NCBI GenBank assembly: GCA_977017575.1
Contig: CDRNVI010000025.1
Span: 1 to 64,000, forward strand
Length of the DNA: 64,000 nt
From: Paramoeba atlantica
Taxonomy: Eukaryota; Protista; Discosea
Direction: 5' to 3'
Of the stretch, positions 10,885-20,263 are shown piece after piece. The translations under genes were made by a program, and so were the position numbers. Below the pieces are notes generated by a model. The model was not told the origin of the DNA. It worked only from the letters and a program-made list of their open reading frames with translations, and did no database searches. Numbering within the stretch: position 1 is the first letter of the stretch; every line of letters starts with the position of its first letter.

Positions 10885-12861
10885 TCAGGATGCTCCAAGA
10901 TGGAGAGAGGAACGTTCACGACGCGCAAGCTTCTTTCCTGCTTCGGTTAATGTGAGATAGACGTTCGTTGTATATGACTTGGCTTCGCGTTCCGTATTTA
11001 TAATGTCACCGAAATTTGCCGCAACGCGCAAGGCACCCCCATACGAATATAACGCCTTCACTGCCAACCGAGGCAGGAGAGCGTACAATAATGTGGGACA
11101 TATTCGTTTCTCTTTTGCCTGAAGCACACACTCAGCAATGGCGGCCTTAAGGTTGTGGGGATCCATATAGGGATTTGGTTCAGAGGTTTGAGTGTGAGGC
11201 GCCCGTATAGGAGCCGTCGATGCTTCACATTCCGATGCGCTACGCAGTGCGACATGAAGGTCGTATCGGATCCCACGGTCGTGCGGCATATGGACTGTCT
11301 CTTCCTCTAGTCGAAATATGTCCGATCGCGCCTCAAGAAATTTATCCAAACTCGCGTGGCGCGTCGATTTATGTCCCGCTCTTTTTCTCTGGTGCGGTAT
11401 GCCGCACCGATATCCGGCTTTGAAACGGGCCCAATCCTCGCTGCTAAGTGCTTGTTGAATCTTAGAAATCAATTGCGAAACTAAAATCAAATGAGAGATG
11501 GATAAATGGCCTTTTAGAATGGTGATCACTTCGTCCGAACTCATGGGTACCAATTCCTTCGAATCGAGAGTAGCTTGCTCTCTTTTCAGGATTTCAAATG
11601 AAGGTTTACTAATATAGCTGAACAGTTTATTTGTAAACTCTGTGTGTACTTCTGAATATAGAAGATACACGAGTCTATTCTCCTCACTTTGGTCAAACTT
11701 ATCCCTGACTACACCAAACCGCTTCACCACATCACTTGAAAATTTGGAAACAATGTTACAGGAACAGCAGTCAGAGGAGTCGAGCGCGGGTTCCTTGCCA
11801 TGGTACGCGAAAAGCTTCGAATACCCAGACACCCACATACCCGAGGAGTGCCTTGAGCGAACTAGGAACTCACGCACCGTCGGGAAGTTCTTCCGATGCG
11901 CCATTGACATCGTGCGTGGCCACACGACACTGAAAGCAAGCAGTGCCACCACCAGCAACGGGAGGCCGTACTCGAGCGCATACGTCACATCGGGCTGAGA
12001 AATCACCCGTTCCCAGGGCTGTTGCGGACACGCAGAGTCTCTCCCGAGTGCGTAGAGCACTTCCGCGGTAATCTCGCTGGCATCTGCCTCCGGAAGCTGT
12101 CGTATCCCACGCACCCACACCTTGGACTTTGGGTGGTTATCAAACTGCGTCACCATTGCCTCTCTTTTGGGGTCCAGCATCTCCGCAAATCGCCGGGCAC
12201 CAAGCCTACCAATACCTACTTGCAAGTCTACCGGTACATGCCCGAGAACCTGATGCAGCGGGACATAGTAACTTGGAAGATACTTCGCGAACAGCGATTT
12301 ATATAAACATGCCAATAGCATTTCTAAGATTTTACCATGGTGGTGCGGGGAGGCGTAGGCTGTCACCCACACCCGGCGTCCAACTAGAAAATGTTCGACG
12401 CGGTGAGGTTGGGGTTGGCCATCCGGGTTGCGGGCGAAATGGTAAGTCGCAAACATCTGGGATAGTAATTCCGAGGACTCCAACACGGAGAGTAGTTTCC
12501 GGAGGGAGTAGTCCCCAAAATGCATAGAGATACAGGAGAGAGGGAACAGCCCTTGGGCGGGGACCAGTTTGTTAAATGCGGTCCCAAGCTCGGTTTCAGA
12601 CACCGCGTCGGGTGCCTTCACCTCATATCCTTCTAAGAGGTGCTGCTGGGTAGGGTTTCGCCGGACGTAGCACTCGTGTTCTTTGAGAAATAAGTCTACG
12701 TCTTTCCAGACGAGTTGAATAACCTGGACGGGGCGATCACCAAGGATTCTTTCCAGCCCTAGGGTCAGGGAATTGCAGAGCTTGAAGGGTCCATGGGTAT
12801 CACACCAATTTCGAATACGTTGTATAAGGTGTAGTCCAATCGCTCTTTTCGCACGCCCCAT
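10885..12861 (-). CDS. Hypothetical protein (~658 aa)
   Basis: Long open frame in the cluster orientation, first ATG at 12861; no motif recognised. Confidence 0.75.
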   Translation of the reverse strand: MGRAKRAIGLHLIQRIRNWCDTHGPFKLCNSLTLGLERILGDRPVQVIQLVWKDVDLFLKEHECYVRRNPTQQHLLEGYEVKAPDAVSETELGTAFNKLVPAQGLFPLSCISMHFGDYSLRKLLSVLESSELLSQMFATYHFARNPDGQPQPHRVEHFLVGRRVWVTAYASPHHHGKILEMLLACLYKSLFAKYLPSYYVPLHQVLGHVPVDLQVGIGRLGARRFAEMLDPKREAMVTQFDNHPKSKVWVRGIRQLPEADASEITAEVLYALGRDSACPQQPWERVISQPDVTYALEYGLPLLVVALLAFSVVWPRTMSMAHRKNFPTVREFLVRSRHSSGMWVSGYSKLFAYHGKEPALDSSDCCSCNIVSKFSSDVVKRFGVVRDKFDQSEENRLVYLLYSEVHTEFTNKLFSYISKPSFEILKREQATLDSKELVPMSSDEVITILKGHLSISHLILVSQLISKIQQALSSEDWARFKAGYRCGIPHQRKRAGHKSTRHASLDKFLEARSDIFRLEEETVHMPHDRGIRYDLHVALRSASECEASTAPIRAPHTQTSEPNPYMDPHNLKAAIAECVLQAKEKRICPTLLYALLPRLAVKALYSYGGALRVAANFGDIINTEREAKSYTTNVYLTLTEAGKKLARRERSSLHLGAS

Positions 12862-13135
12862 TACGCTGGCCAAGACTTACGTAGGCTTCTGCCGGTCATG
12901 CACAAAACATGAATGAGTTACTCATCTTGCGGTTTCAGGGGGTATGACATACCAAAGTTTTCGTTGATCTCATAAGAATAACAATTCGAAAAAAACTTTA
13001 GTTTCAGATAAAAAAGGCAATGTACGACAAGTCGACAAGTGAAAAAATTCTTCATTTCGATAAATAATGAACGGCACTTAGACGCAGGTAGACGAACTCG
13101 ACTGGTGACTTTCTGGAACTTTAAAAAATTCTTAT

Positions 13136-14929
13136 TTAAAATGTAACTATTTTTTGGGGAGTCGGCAAAGCATCATTGTGTGTAGCTGGGCGCCTACGAA
13201 TATAGTCAGCCATCCGGGCAGGGTCAGACAAAAGTGTATCCTCTAGCGTCCGAGTGGGATAATCTCCCACCGCAGTCTCTGTGAAATAAGCAGAATCTCG
13301 CTCCGCCATTGTGCCCGTGGAGGGAGCGCAATTGTTTTGAACATTTTCTGCCCCTTCTGCCATGGAGCCGGGGGCCTCACCATTTTCAGTGTTTGTAACT
13401 TTTTCGTTCGTATCTGTGAATATACTCTCCGCGTGGGAATCGGAGGCATGCGATTGAATTATGTACGACAATTCCTCCATACTGTACTCATTCAGCTCAT
13501 TCAGCTCCTCCGAGGAAAGGGCTTTAACTTTTGATAACGCACGAAGCCGTCGCAGACGACGGGAACGAAAATATGGCCAGTCGCGTTGAATAAAAGGCCG
13601 CCAAAGTGGGTTCACATGCTCCAGATAAATTTGCGGAACGCTCACTGCACGAAGAGTTCCGGACACCATATCTCGTATACTGTATGGGCCGATGCTCACC
13701 CGCGTCACACGGGAGCATTTGCGACCCAATTTTTCCATGAGAAGCGGGACACGCATCGGAAGCGATCCTCGAACACTAACACGTACGTAATTTTTACATT
13801 CGTCCCATGGTACATGTGCGACATTGAATGTTATATTGTTGTACACGACCCCATCCAGTCGCACCCCTTTCGTATTAAATGCCTCCGCGAGAACCGGGTC
13901 TATTTTCGGAACAACTTTCGCAATGTACGTTCGTTGGATTTGACTACTGGGATGCATCATAAACTGAGCCAAATCCCCGTCATTGGTTAACAAAATAAGC
14001 CCTCGGTCCTCATGTGAGAGGGTACCCATCGGCACTACATGCGAGAGTCCATAAATGGCCGAGAGCCATGACCACAGTGTTCGTCGTCCCCTCGACTCGG
14101 ACATCGCAGGCCCACAGGACATGTTCCGTGGCTTGTAGAACGCCCACAGCTGGGGGGCCTGGAACCGTAGCCTTCCTCGGTGTCCCTTTACATTAATCAC
14201 GTCCTCGGGGGTTACCGTCGCGAACGGATTGCGCTCGGGAGATCCGTTTAGAAATACTTCCCCCTCCGTGATTAACTTTTGCGAGACCTCTCGGGTCGTG
14301 AGCCCCGCGCGTGGGAGACAACGGTGAAGGGTAATCGCACGGGGGGCACTTTCCAAACCGTGAGCCGGGGGAAATGCATCACCCATCTCTGAGAGATCGG
14401 GTACGGGGGAGGGGGACATCCCCGGGGTGAAGTCCCGTCGAAGCCTTGCCCCAATGAGATCCTCCTCCACCACCCCGTCGAGCTCACGTAGTCTCTCCTC
14501 CAGCATGGAGTGAGAGAGCTCTTGGGAATCTTTTGTGCTCGTGTCTGATTGATTCCGTGTTTTGGTGCTTTCGGTCTCGCTCTCAATAAGCGGTATGGGA
14601 TCGAGACGTGATTCTGGGAGAGTGGGATCTGAAGTGGTAGGGGAGGAAGAATTCCTCTCCCCAGGTAACGAGGATCGATCACTACGCACTAGGTCGGGTG
14701 TTTGTGGTGTTCCAAGATGGGCAGCAACGGTGTGAAATGCCAGCGAGATTGCCGCAGAGTCGTCAGCATATTCTGGTTTTTGGTCGTAAGGAGATTCTGA
14801 GACATTTGCTCTCGACAACAAGACCTCCGTGGGAGATGCAGCTCTCATCCTTCGCCTACAACAGCAAAACAGTTCACTAAGTGAATTAACTCTTCTGCTC
14901 AAAAAGAAGGTTGCGCTTTTAGACCTCAT
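13136..14929 (-). CDS. RsuA/RluB-family pseudouridine synthase-like protein with S4 domain, catalytic Asp apparently lost
   Basis: S4-like LHRCLPRAGLTTREVSQKLITEGEVFLNG; YKPRNM; GTLSHEDRGLILLTNDG aligns to GRLDxxTSGLLLLTNDG; TYIAKV. Confidence 0.8.
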   Translation of the reverse strand: MRSKSATFFLSRRVNSLSELFCCCRRRMRAASPTEVLLSRANVSESPYDQKPEYADDSAAISLAFHTVAAHLGTPQTPDLVRSDRSSLPGERNSSSPTTSDPTLPESRLDPIPLIESETESTKTRNQSDTSTKDSQELSHSMLEERLRELDGVVEEDLIGARLRRDFTPGMSPSPVPDLSEMGDAFPPAHGLESAPRAITLHRCLPRAGLTTREVSQKLITEGEVFLNGSPERNPFATVTPEDVINVKGHRGRLRFQAPQLWAFYKPRNMSCGPAMSESRGRRTLWSWLSAIYGLSHVVPMGTLSHEDRGLILLTNDGDLAQFMMHPSSQIQRTYIAKVVPKIDPVLAEAFNTKGVRLDGVVYNNITFNVAHVPWDECKNYVRVSVRGSLPMRVPLLMEKLGRKCSRVTRVSIGPYSIRDMVSGTLRAVSVPQIYLEHVNPLWRPFIQRDWPYFRSRRLRRLRALSKVKALSSEELNELNEYSMEELSYIIQSHASDSHAESIFTDTNEKVTNTENGEAPGSMAEGAENVQNNCAPSTGTMAERDSAYFTETAVGDYPTRTLEDTLLSDPARMADYIRRRPATHNDALPTPQKIVTF

Positions 14930-15321
14930 GGCATCGGTTATGTCAACAGATTTCAAACTTGAATGTCTTGAAATAATCAATAGCCTCTAATTCAAAAGTA
15001 CTGATAATACCGAATATAAAGTTTATATGACCCAATGAAAAGTGACCCACCACTTTTAGTACGCATAGTACTGTGACTCTATGTCACCCACTTTACACTA
15101 AGGAACTTGGACAAATACAAGCTGTGAAAATATGTATTTTTAACACTGCAAACTTGTGATAGTAGATAGAATACATTGCGGGGGTTGTTAACAAGCTCTG
15201 CCTCTTTCTTCTTTATGGTGGCCGGGTGGGGGTGAATTGAGGGGGGTGATAAAATCGCGAAAAAAAGGGGGGGGTATGGTCGATGAAAGGAATACTGATG
15301 ATTTTCATTTTCGCCAGGGGG

Positions 15322-15397
15322 TGTGATTAGCCAAGTCGTTAGGTCCAGTGACTCTACATCTGAGATAGTTGGGTTCGATTCCCACTAACGTATTTTT
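15322..15397 (+). pseudogene. tRNA-like relic / Pol III A-box and B-box head
   Basis: TAGCCAAGTCGTTAGG (A-box-like), GGGTTCGATTCCC T-arm, TTTTT terminator; anticodon and acceptor stems imperfect. Confidence 0.45.
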
Positions 15398-15493
15398 CGT
15401 TCGGCTACACAGGGATTAGCTAAGAAGCTTGGGTCCACGATGTCTGCACGGATTAGTCCATTTGCCAATCCCACCCATTAGCATTCGCGTTGG

Positions 15494-15560
15494 AAGGGGG
15501 TTCGAACCCGCTACTCGTAGCTTTTGCACAAACTACATGCAGCACGAACGTCGTTAATGG
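15494..15560 (-). pseudogene. Second, convergent tRNA-like relic
   Basis: Minus strand GCGGGTTCGAACCCCC (B-box/T-arm), preceded by hairpin GTAGT..TGCA..GCTAC; D-arm not recognisable. Confidence 0.3.
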
Positions 15561-15699
15561 AAAGCAATTCGCGAAGCCCCGTTTTACAACAACCACCGCT
15601 TTTTAACGAAGCAGCTAGAACACCGACATGATAGTATAGAATACATCAATTGAATTATTGAAATGGGACGGCAAACGTTAGTGAGTTTAACCCTAGGGA

Positions 15700-15830
15700 C
15701 ATGAATAAGTCACCCCCCCCCCTGTTTTTTTTCCTGAAGGAGCCTAGGGAGATCATGATACCATTTTTTCGTTCAGAATTTCGAGATCTACACGTTCCCG
15801 CTATTTTTAGCTGCCTTTAAAAAAATAAAA
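15700..15830. mobile_element. Fragment of family D transposon end
   Basis: GAATAAGTCACCCCCC and CATTTTTTCGTTCAGAATTTCGAGATCTACACGTTCCCGCT are shared with 50613-50740 and (reversed) 54950-55010. Confidence 0.6.
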
Positions 15831-16096
15831 AAAAAGCTAAATTAAAAAAAAATTAATTCGCGATTTGCGAGCCTCCCCAGAATTCGGACTTCTTTCTACG
15901 TTTAAACCCTGTTTTGGGGTTTTATTGGGTCCCCAGCGCAATGGAGTTTCCCTAGTCAGCATAATCTCATTACTTAACACCTGAGAGAAAACGGATGATC
16001 ACAATATTTGTTGACTGAGATCTCATGACTGATCTATTTTCCAACGCTTTTGTTGCACATACAATATTGTATACTTGTATGTCATGCTCTTACGTG

Positions 16097-16387
16097 CTAG
16101 TACTCCTTCGTTCTCACATGACGTGGTTCACGTTGGATGGATATTTTATGATGATTCACGCTGTCGGCTCGACATTTATGAGACTTCCACATGTTTTTGG
16201 ACATTAGCATAATATCATTCATTTTTTCCAAAGAATCAAGATGCTGTTTGCTAGATTCGTGTTCGACAGCGTGATGGTCGGGAAATACATCACAGCAGAG
16301 CTTGCACCAATGCTTCGATTTAGTTGATCGCCTGTAAAACAATTTTAATGCTCGACGAGGACCCCGTAGTAATAACGACACATGCAT
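16097..16387 (-). CDS. Small U1/matrin-type zinc-finger protein, possibly mitochondrial
   Basis: WCKLCCDVFPDHHAVEHESSKQH (CX2C..HX5H); basic, Arg-rich N-terminus. Confidence 0.5.
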   Translation of the reverse strand: MHVSLLLRGPRRALKLFYRRSTKSKHWCKLCCDVFPDHHAVEHESSKQHLDSLEKMNDIMLMSKNMWKSHKCRADSVNHHKISIQREPRHVRTKEY

Positions 16388-16394
16388 CAACTAG

Positions 16395-16925
16395 AATTAA
16401 GGCAATTTTTTTAAAGTCTGGAATGTATGCCAAATAATCTAAGGGGGGGGTGCGGATTTTTTTTGGTAATATACCTGTGAAACGGTTATTAAGGATAAAA
16501 GCAATTAAGGCAGAATGAATTTAAAAATTAATTACTGCCTTAATTAAAGTATTAAAAAAAGTATTAAATTTGGAACATTGGCAAAGATAAAATCATGGTT
16601 TTATTGTAACCTGCACCTCTAACGAAGACTTTATTATATTGAAGGAGATACTACTCCCTCGCTACCGTAGGTTATTTCGTCGTGCCCGATTTCGTGCCCG
16701 ATGTGTGGCCGGATTTCGTGCCCGATATCGTTTCAGGTGAGTTTTCGAAAAAAAAAATGTTTACAAAGACGTATGAATTGAGTGACAAAATCACTAGTTT
16801 TTCAACAATTCCGATGGGTACCCTCTGCCCCCATCCCCTCCTCACCAGGGTGGTCATAGCAATCTTTGAAATTTTGAAAAATTGATTATTGCCTTAATTA
16901 AATTGCCTTAATTACCCTTAATTGA
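16395..16925. repeat. MITE-like repeat with TTGCCTTAATT sub-terminal motifs and an internal 12-bp tandem (GTGCCCGATTTC)
   Basis: AATTAAGGCA at ~16395 and ~16502, TGCCTTAATT at ~16535, ~16890 and ~16903; tandem at 16682-16730. Confidence 0.5.
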
Positions 16926-17116
16926 GGTTTCGACGATAAATCTGTTTGGTACTGTTTTGTAATATAAATCTGCGAATACAAAACGAGTGTTTTGTCCCCT
17001 TTCACTCTGCTTGACCAGACCCCCCATATTCTATTTATCTGATCGACGCTCCTGTAAATATATCATCCTGTAGACGCTAAATCTGTTAAAACTTATTCGC
17101 ATCCGATAATGAAGTG

Positions 17117-17809
17117 TCAAGTCACACACCGCTTTGCAAGCTTTTCCTTCAGTGTATTGACTTCGCTTTGAAGTTTGCTGCATTTCTCGGAAAGTTCTTC
17201 GAGTTCAACGCTTTTGTTTGCTAATGTTTCATTTAGCTCCGTGTGCTCGGCGCTGTTTACAACTATGTTTCTTAAATTATTTTTCAATTTTCCGATTTCC
17301 AATTTCGTTATCTCATAATTTTCACGCTCAAGGCCCAAATGAAATTCATATTCCTCTACGTTTTCACGCAATTGTTCGAGGTTGTGCTTTTCTGCCACCG
17401 CCCAAATGTTGTCTGAATTTTTATTGGTGCTGGTAACACTGCTGAGTAATTGACCGAGCTCTGCTCTCTTAGTACGTAGCTTTTGATGTTTTGCCTTCAA
17501 TTCGTATTCGTTCATGATATCGGTCATTTCGGGAGAAGGATACACGCCGAGTACCTTCTTGTGAGCCACTGCATTCTCCGCGGTTTGATACGCTTTCCAG
17601 AGCTCGTTTAATAGCTTCGAATCTCCGCTGGATTCTGCTCTAGAAAAGAGACACGCGGGACACCGTGTAAATGATCTACATCGCGTGTTGAAGAGCATTT
17701 TGCTCTTAAAAAACGAATGTATCCCAGTTTGTGTAACATATTGGCGTCGAAGCATTGTCTGAGTATGCCAAAGATATGAAGCTGTATAACTCATCGTCGG
17801 GCATGCCAT
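17117..17809 (-). CDS. Coiled-coil hypothetical protein
   Basis: 230-aa ATG-initiated ORF with a heptad-rich C-terminal half. Confidence 0.65.
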   Translation of the reverse strand: MACPTMSYTASYLWHTQTMLRRQYVTQTGIHSFFKSKMLFNTRCRSFTRCPACLFSRAESSGDSKLLNELWKAYQTAENAVAHKKVLGVYPSPEMTDIMNEYELKAKHQKLRTKRAELGQLLSSVTSTNKNSDNIWAVAEKHNLEQLRENVEEYEFHLGLERENYEITKLEIGKLKNNLRNIVVNSAEHTELNETLANKSVELEELSEKCSKLQSEVNTLKEKLAKRCVT

Positions 17810-18067
17810 TTTTTCCCGTTTCTTATAGCATGACGAATAGTATCGTAAAATTTTAAAATAGAATCCGTAGAACTTACGATAAGAAAAAGTCAGCTTTTGT
17901 TTTAAGCACCAAAATACGACTACAGCCCTTCAAAATCAACGAATACTTCAAAGAAAAGTCGTTTTCTGGAAGCGAATTCGAAATTTGAACTTCACGCAAG
18001 GTCACTAAACACAAAATTACAGTTAACATTTTTTCCCGAGAAAACACGGTGCCTATCTCAATTTTTT

Positions 18068-20119
18068 TCAGTTCGTGCTCGGATCCTTTTCAACTATCGG
18101 TACACAGCATAGCCAACGCACGGACTGCGTCTCGTCCTCCGGATCCTCACAAAACGGAATATGCCACATTCGTTTTCCCCCTTTCCGTTGAAACTGCATA
18201 TACGGCGGATCCTCCGTACTGATTTTCATAAAACAACGAAGGCACAGCACCTTTTTCTCCTGCTTTTCAAACACCACCTCCTCCACCGCATGGGGAAACA
18301 TTTTCCTCACCACCCCCTCCACCAGCTCCGTTGAGGCTATATCCTGCGCCCCCTGCATGTGAAACCCCAGCAGCGCCCTCTCCGCCTCCTCCCCCATCCC
18401 CCGATGCTGGTACACCCGCATCATGGCCTCATAACTCCCCGCGGTGAACCGCACCCCCACATTCCCCGCAAACGTCCGTAGCTGCTGGATCTGCTCCAGC
18501 GCACTGGTGGCCGCGAGGGCACGGAAGATGGGCTCGAAGCACCGCCCCTTCATGTAGCGCAGTGGACGGGAGCGTAGGAACGCAATGGCGTCGTGTACGC
18601 GGCCATCCTCACAGAGTACCGCAACGGCGGCGAGCGTAACCTCGGGGGTCCAGGTGAAGGCGGGGCCTGCGGCATAGGCACGGTCGAGTACGGTGAAGGC
18701 GTGGGCCCTGTGTTCGTTGCGAATACGACTTGCCTCCGTGCTGTTGTTCGTGTTGTCGCTGTTCGGATTCGCGATGACTCTGCGACAGTGCTGGAGGACG
18801 GTGGCGGTGGTGGCGGGGGTGTCGGGGAGGTGGGGGTTGGACTGTAGGGTGTGGAGGAGGGCGGCGATACGGGAGGGGAGGGTGGTGAGGTCGGGGGTGG
18901 GGAGAGGGGGGAGGGAGGGGGGAGGGAGAGGGGGGTGACCGATGGGGTCGAGGAGGGGGGAGGGGAGGGAGGGGGGTTGTGTTGGTTGTGGTGGTGTTGG
19001 GGGTTCTGATGGTTGTTGTACTTGTTGTTGCTGCTGGCATTCTTGTTGTTGTTGTTGTACATGCTGCTGCTGCTGCTGCCATTCTTGTTGTTGTTGTGAC
19101 AATTGTTGTTGTTGTGACAATTGTTGTTGTTGTGACAATTGTTGTTGTTGTGATAATTGTTGTTGTTGTGATAATTGTTGTTGTTGTTGTTGTGATAATT
19201 GTTGTTGTTGCCATTCTTGTTGTTGTTGTTGTTGTTGTACATGCTGCTGCTGCTGCCATTCTTGTTGTTGTTGTACATGCTGCTGCTGCTGCTGCCATTC
19301 TTGTTGTTGTTGTGACAATTGTTGTTGTTGTGACAATTGTTGTTGTTGTGACAATTGTTGTTGTTGTGATAATTGTTGTTGTTGTGATAATTGTTGTTGT
19401 TGTTGTTGTGATAATTGTTGTTGTTGCCATTCTTGTTGTTGTTGTTGTTGTTGTACATGCTGCTGCTGCTGCCATTCTTGTTGTTGTTGTTGCTGCCATT
19501 GTTCAGGTTGTTGTTGTGTAGACGGGTGGTGAGGGTTATCAAAACCCGTGAGTGAGGCGGGTGTTGATGTTTGGGCGTATTCCATCGATACAGTTGTTGT
19601 TGTGGCCGTTGTTGTTGTATGGAGGGGTGGAGTGGGGGATGAGGAAGAGGAAGGGGTGTAGGGGGGAGAGGGTGAGTCGGAGGTGAAGGGGTTGATTACG
19701 TAAGGAGGGTCTTGGATTTGCTCTCCTGCATGGGGTATGTTGGAAAGGGTAGAGTTGTTTGGAGGGGTGGAAGGGGATGACTGGTCGGGGGATGGAGCAC
19801 TCTCATGGGGGTCACGTGTGGCTCCGTCTTGGTCCTTAAATGATGACTCGTCAGGGCATTCAGTGAATGTGGTGTTTACCATGGTGGCGGAGAATCCTTT
19901 CTGCATGTGAAGCTGATGAATTTGCTCACTGGAAAGCGGGGGTGAAGCTGTAAAGCTTTCACCTTGAGAAGAGAGCTCAGCCGCTACATGCGGACTAAAA
20001 TCTGAAAACCCAGTTTGCGGGTTTGTGTGTACACGACGTGTAAAATGAGCGAAAGTTTGGGAGAAAGAATAAAGCCCTGACGTAGAGCCTCGAAACCCAC
20101 GAAGAGTGTACATGTGCAT
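18068..20119 (-). CDS. PPR-like helical-repeat protein with a Gln-rich insertion
   Basis: PPR-like segments (CFEPIFRALAATS..., SYEAMMRVYQHRGMGEEAERAL); mitochondrial-type N-terminus; long Q-rich tract. Confidence 0.7.
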   Translation of the reverse strand: MHMYTLRGFRGSTSGLYSFSQTFAHFTRRVHTNPQTGFSDFSPHVAAELSSQGESFTASPPLSSEQIHQLHMQKGFSATMVNTTFTECPDESSFKDQDGATRDPHESAPSPDQSSPSTPPNNSTLSNIPHAGEQIQDPPYVINPFTSDSPSPPYTPSSSSSPTPPLHTTTTATTTTVSMEYAQTSTPASLTGFDNPHHPSTQQQPEQWQQQQQQEWQQQQHVQQQQQQQEWQQQQLSQQQQQQLSQQQQLSQQQQLSQQQQLSQQQQLSQQQQEWQQQQQHVQQQQEWQQQQHVQQQQQQQEWQQQQLSQQQQQQLSQQQQLSQQQQLSQQQQLSQQQQLSQQQQEWQQQQQHVQQQQQECQQQQQVQQPSEPPTPPQPTQPPSLPSPLLDPIGHPPLPPPSLPPLPTPDLTTLPSRIAALLHTLQSNPHLPDTPATTATVLQHCRRVIANPNSDNTNNSTEASRIRNEHRAHAFTVLDRAYAAGPAFTWTPEVTLAAVAVLCEDGRVHDAIAFLRSRPLRYMKGRCFEPIFRALAATSALEQIQQLRTFAGNVGVRFTAGSYEAMMRVYQHRGMGEEAERALLGFHMQGAQDIASTELVEGVVRKMFPHAVEEVVFEKQEKKVLCLRCFMKISTEDPPYMQFQRKGGKRMWHIPFCEDPEDETQSVRWLCCVPIVEKDPSTN
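19030..19500. repeat. Coding tandem repeat: 18-bp LSQQQQ units inside a 216-bp duplication
   Basis: GTAC landmarks at 19057/19273 and 19237/19453 are each 216 bp apart. Confidence 0.9.
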
Positions 20120-20263
20120 AGAAGAAGTATGAAAAATCAGATTAATTCTCTAAATCAGATACTGCTAGATTGGCGAAGTAAATAATTATGATTATCAAAA
20201 GTCAAGGAAAGAAAAAGGAATGCAGCACGCAAAAAGACGTCCTCCACAGTAGTCATTCATCCA

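Noticed and set aside
15340-15366. CTA 'anticodon' suggesting an amber suppressor tRNA or recoded TAG
   Set aside because: Anticodon stem does not pair properly, and TAG terminates clear host genes here (27506, 51598, 55178, 59892).
15398-15495. U6 snRNA (ACAGGGATTAGC resembles ACAGAGAAGATTAGC)
   Set aside because: The invariant ACAGAG box and other U6 features are missing.
18550-19542. Poly-N, poly-T, poly-C and poly-V ORFs in alternative frames and strands
   Set aside because: Shadows of the CAA/TTG repeat within the PPR-like gene.
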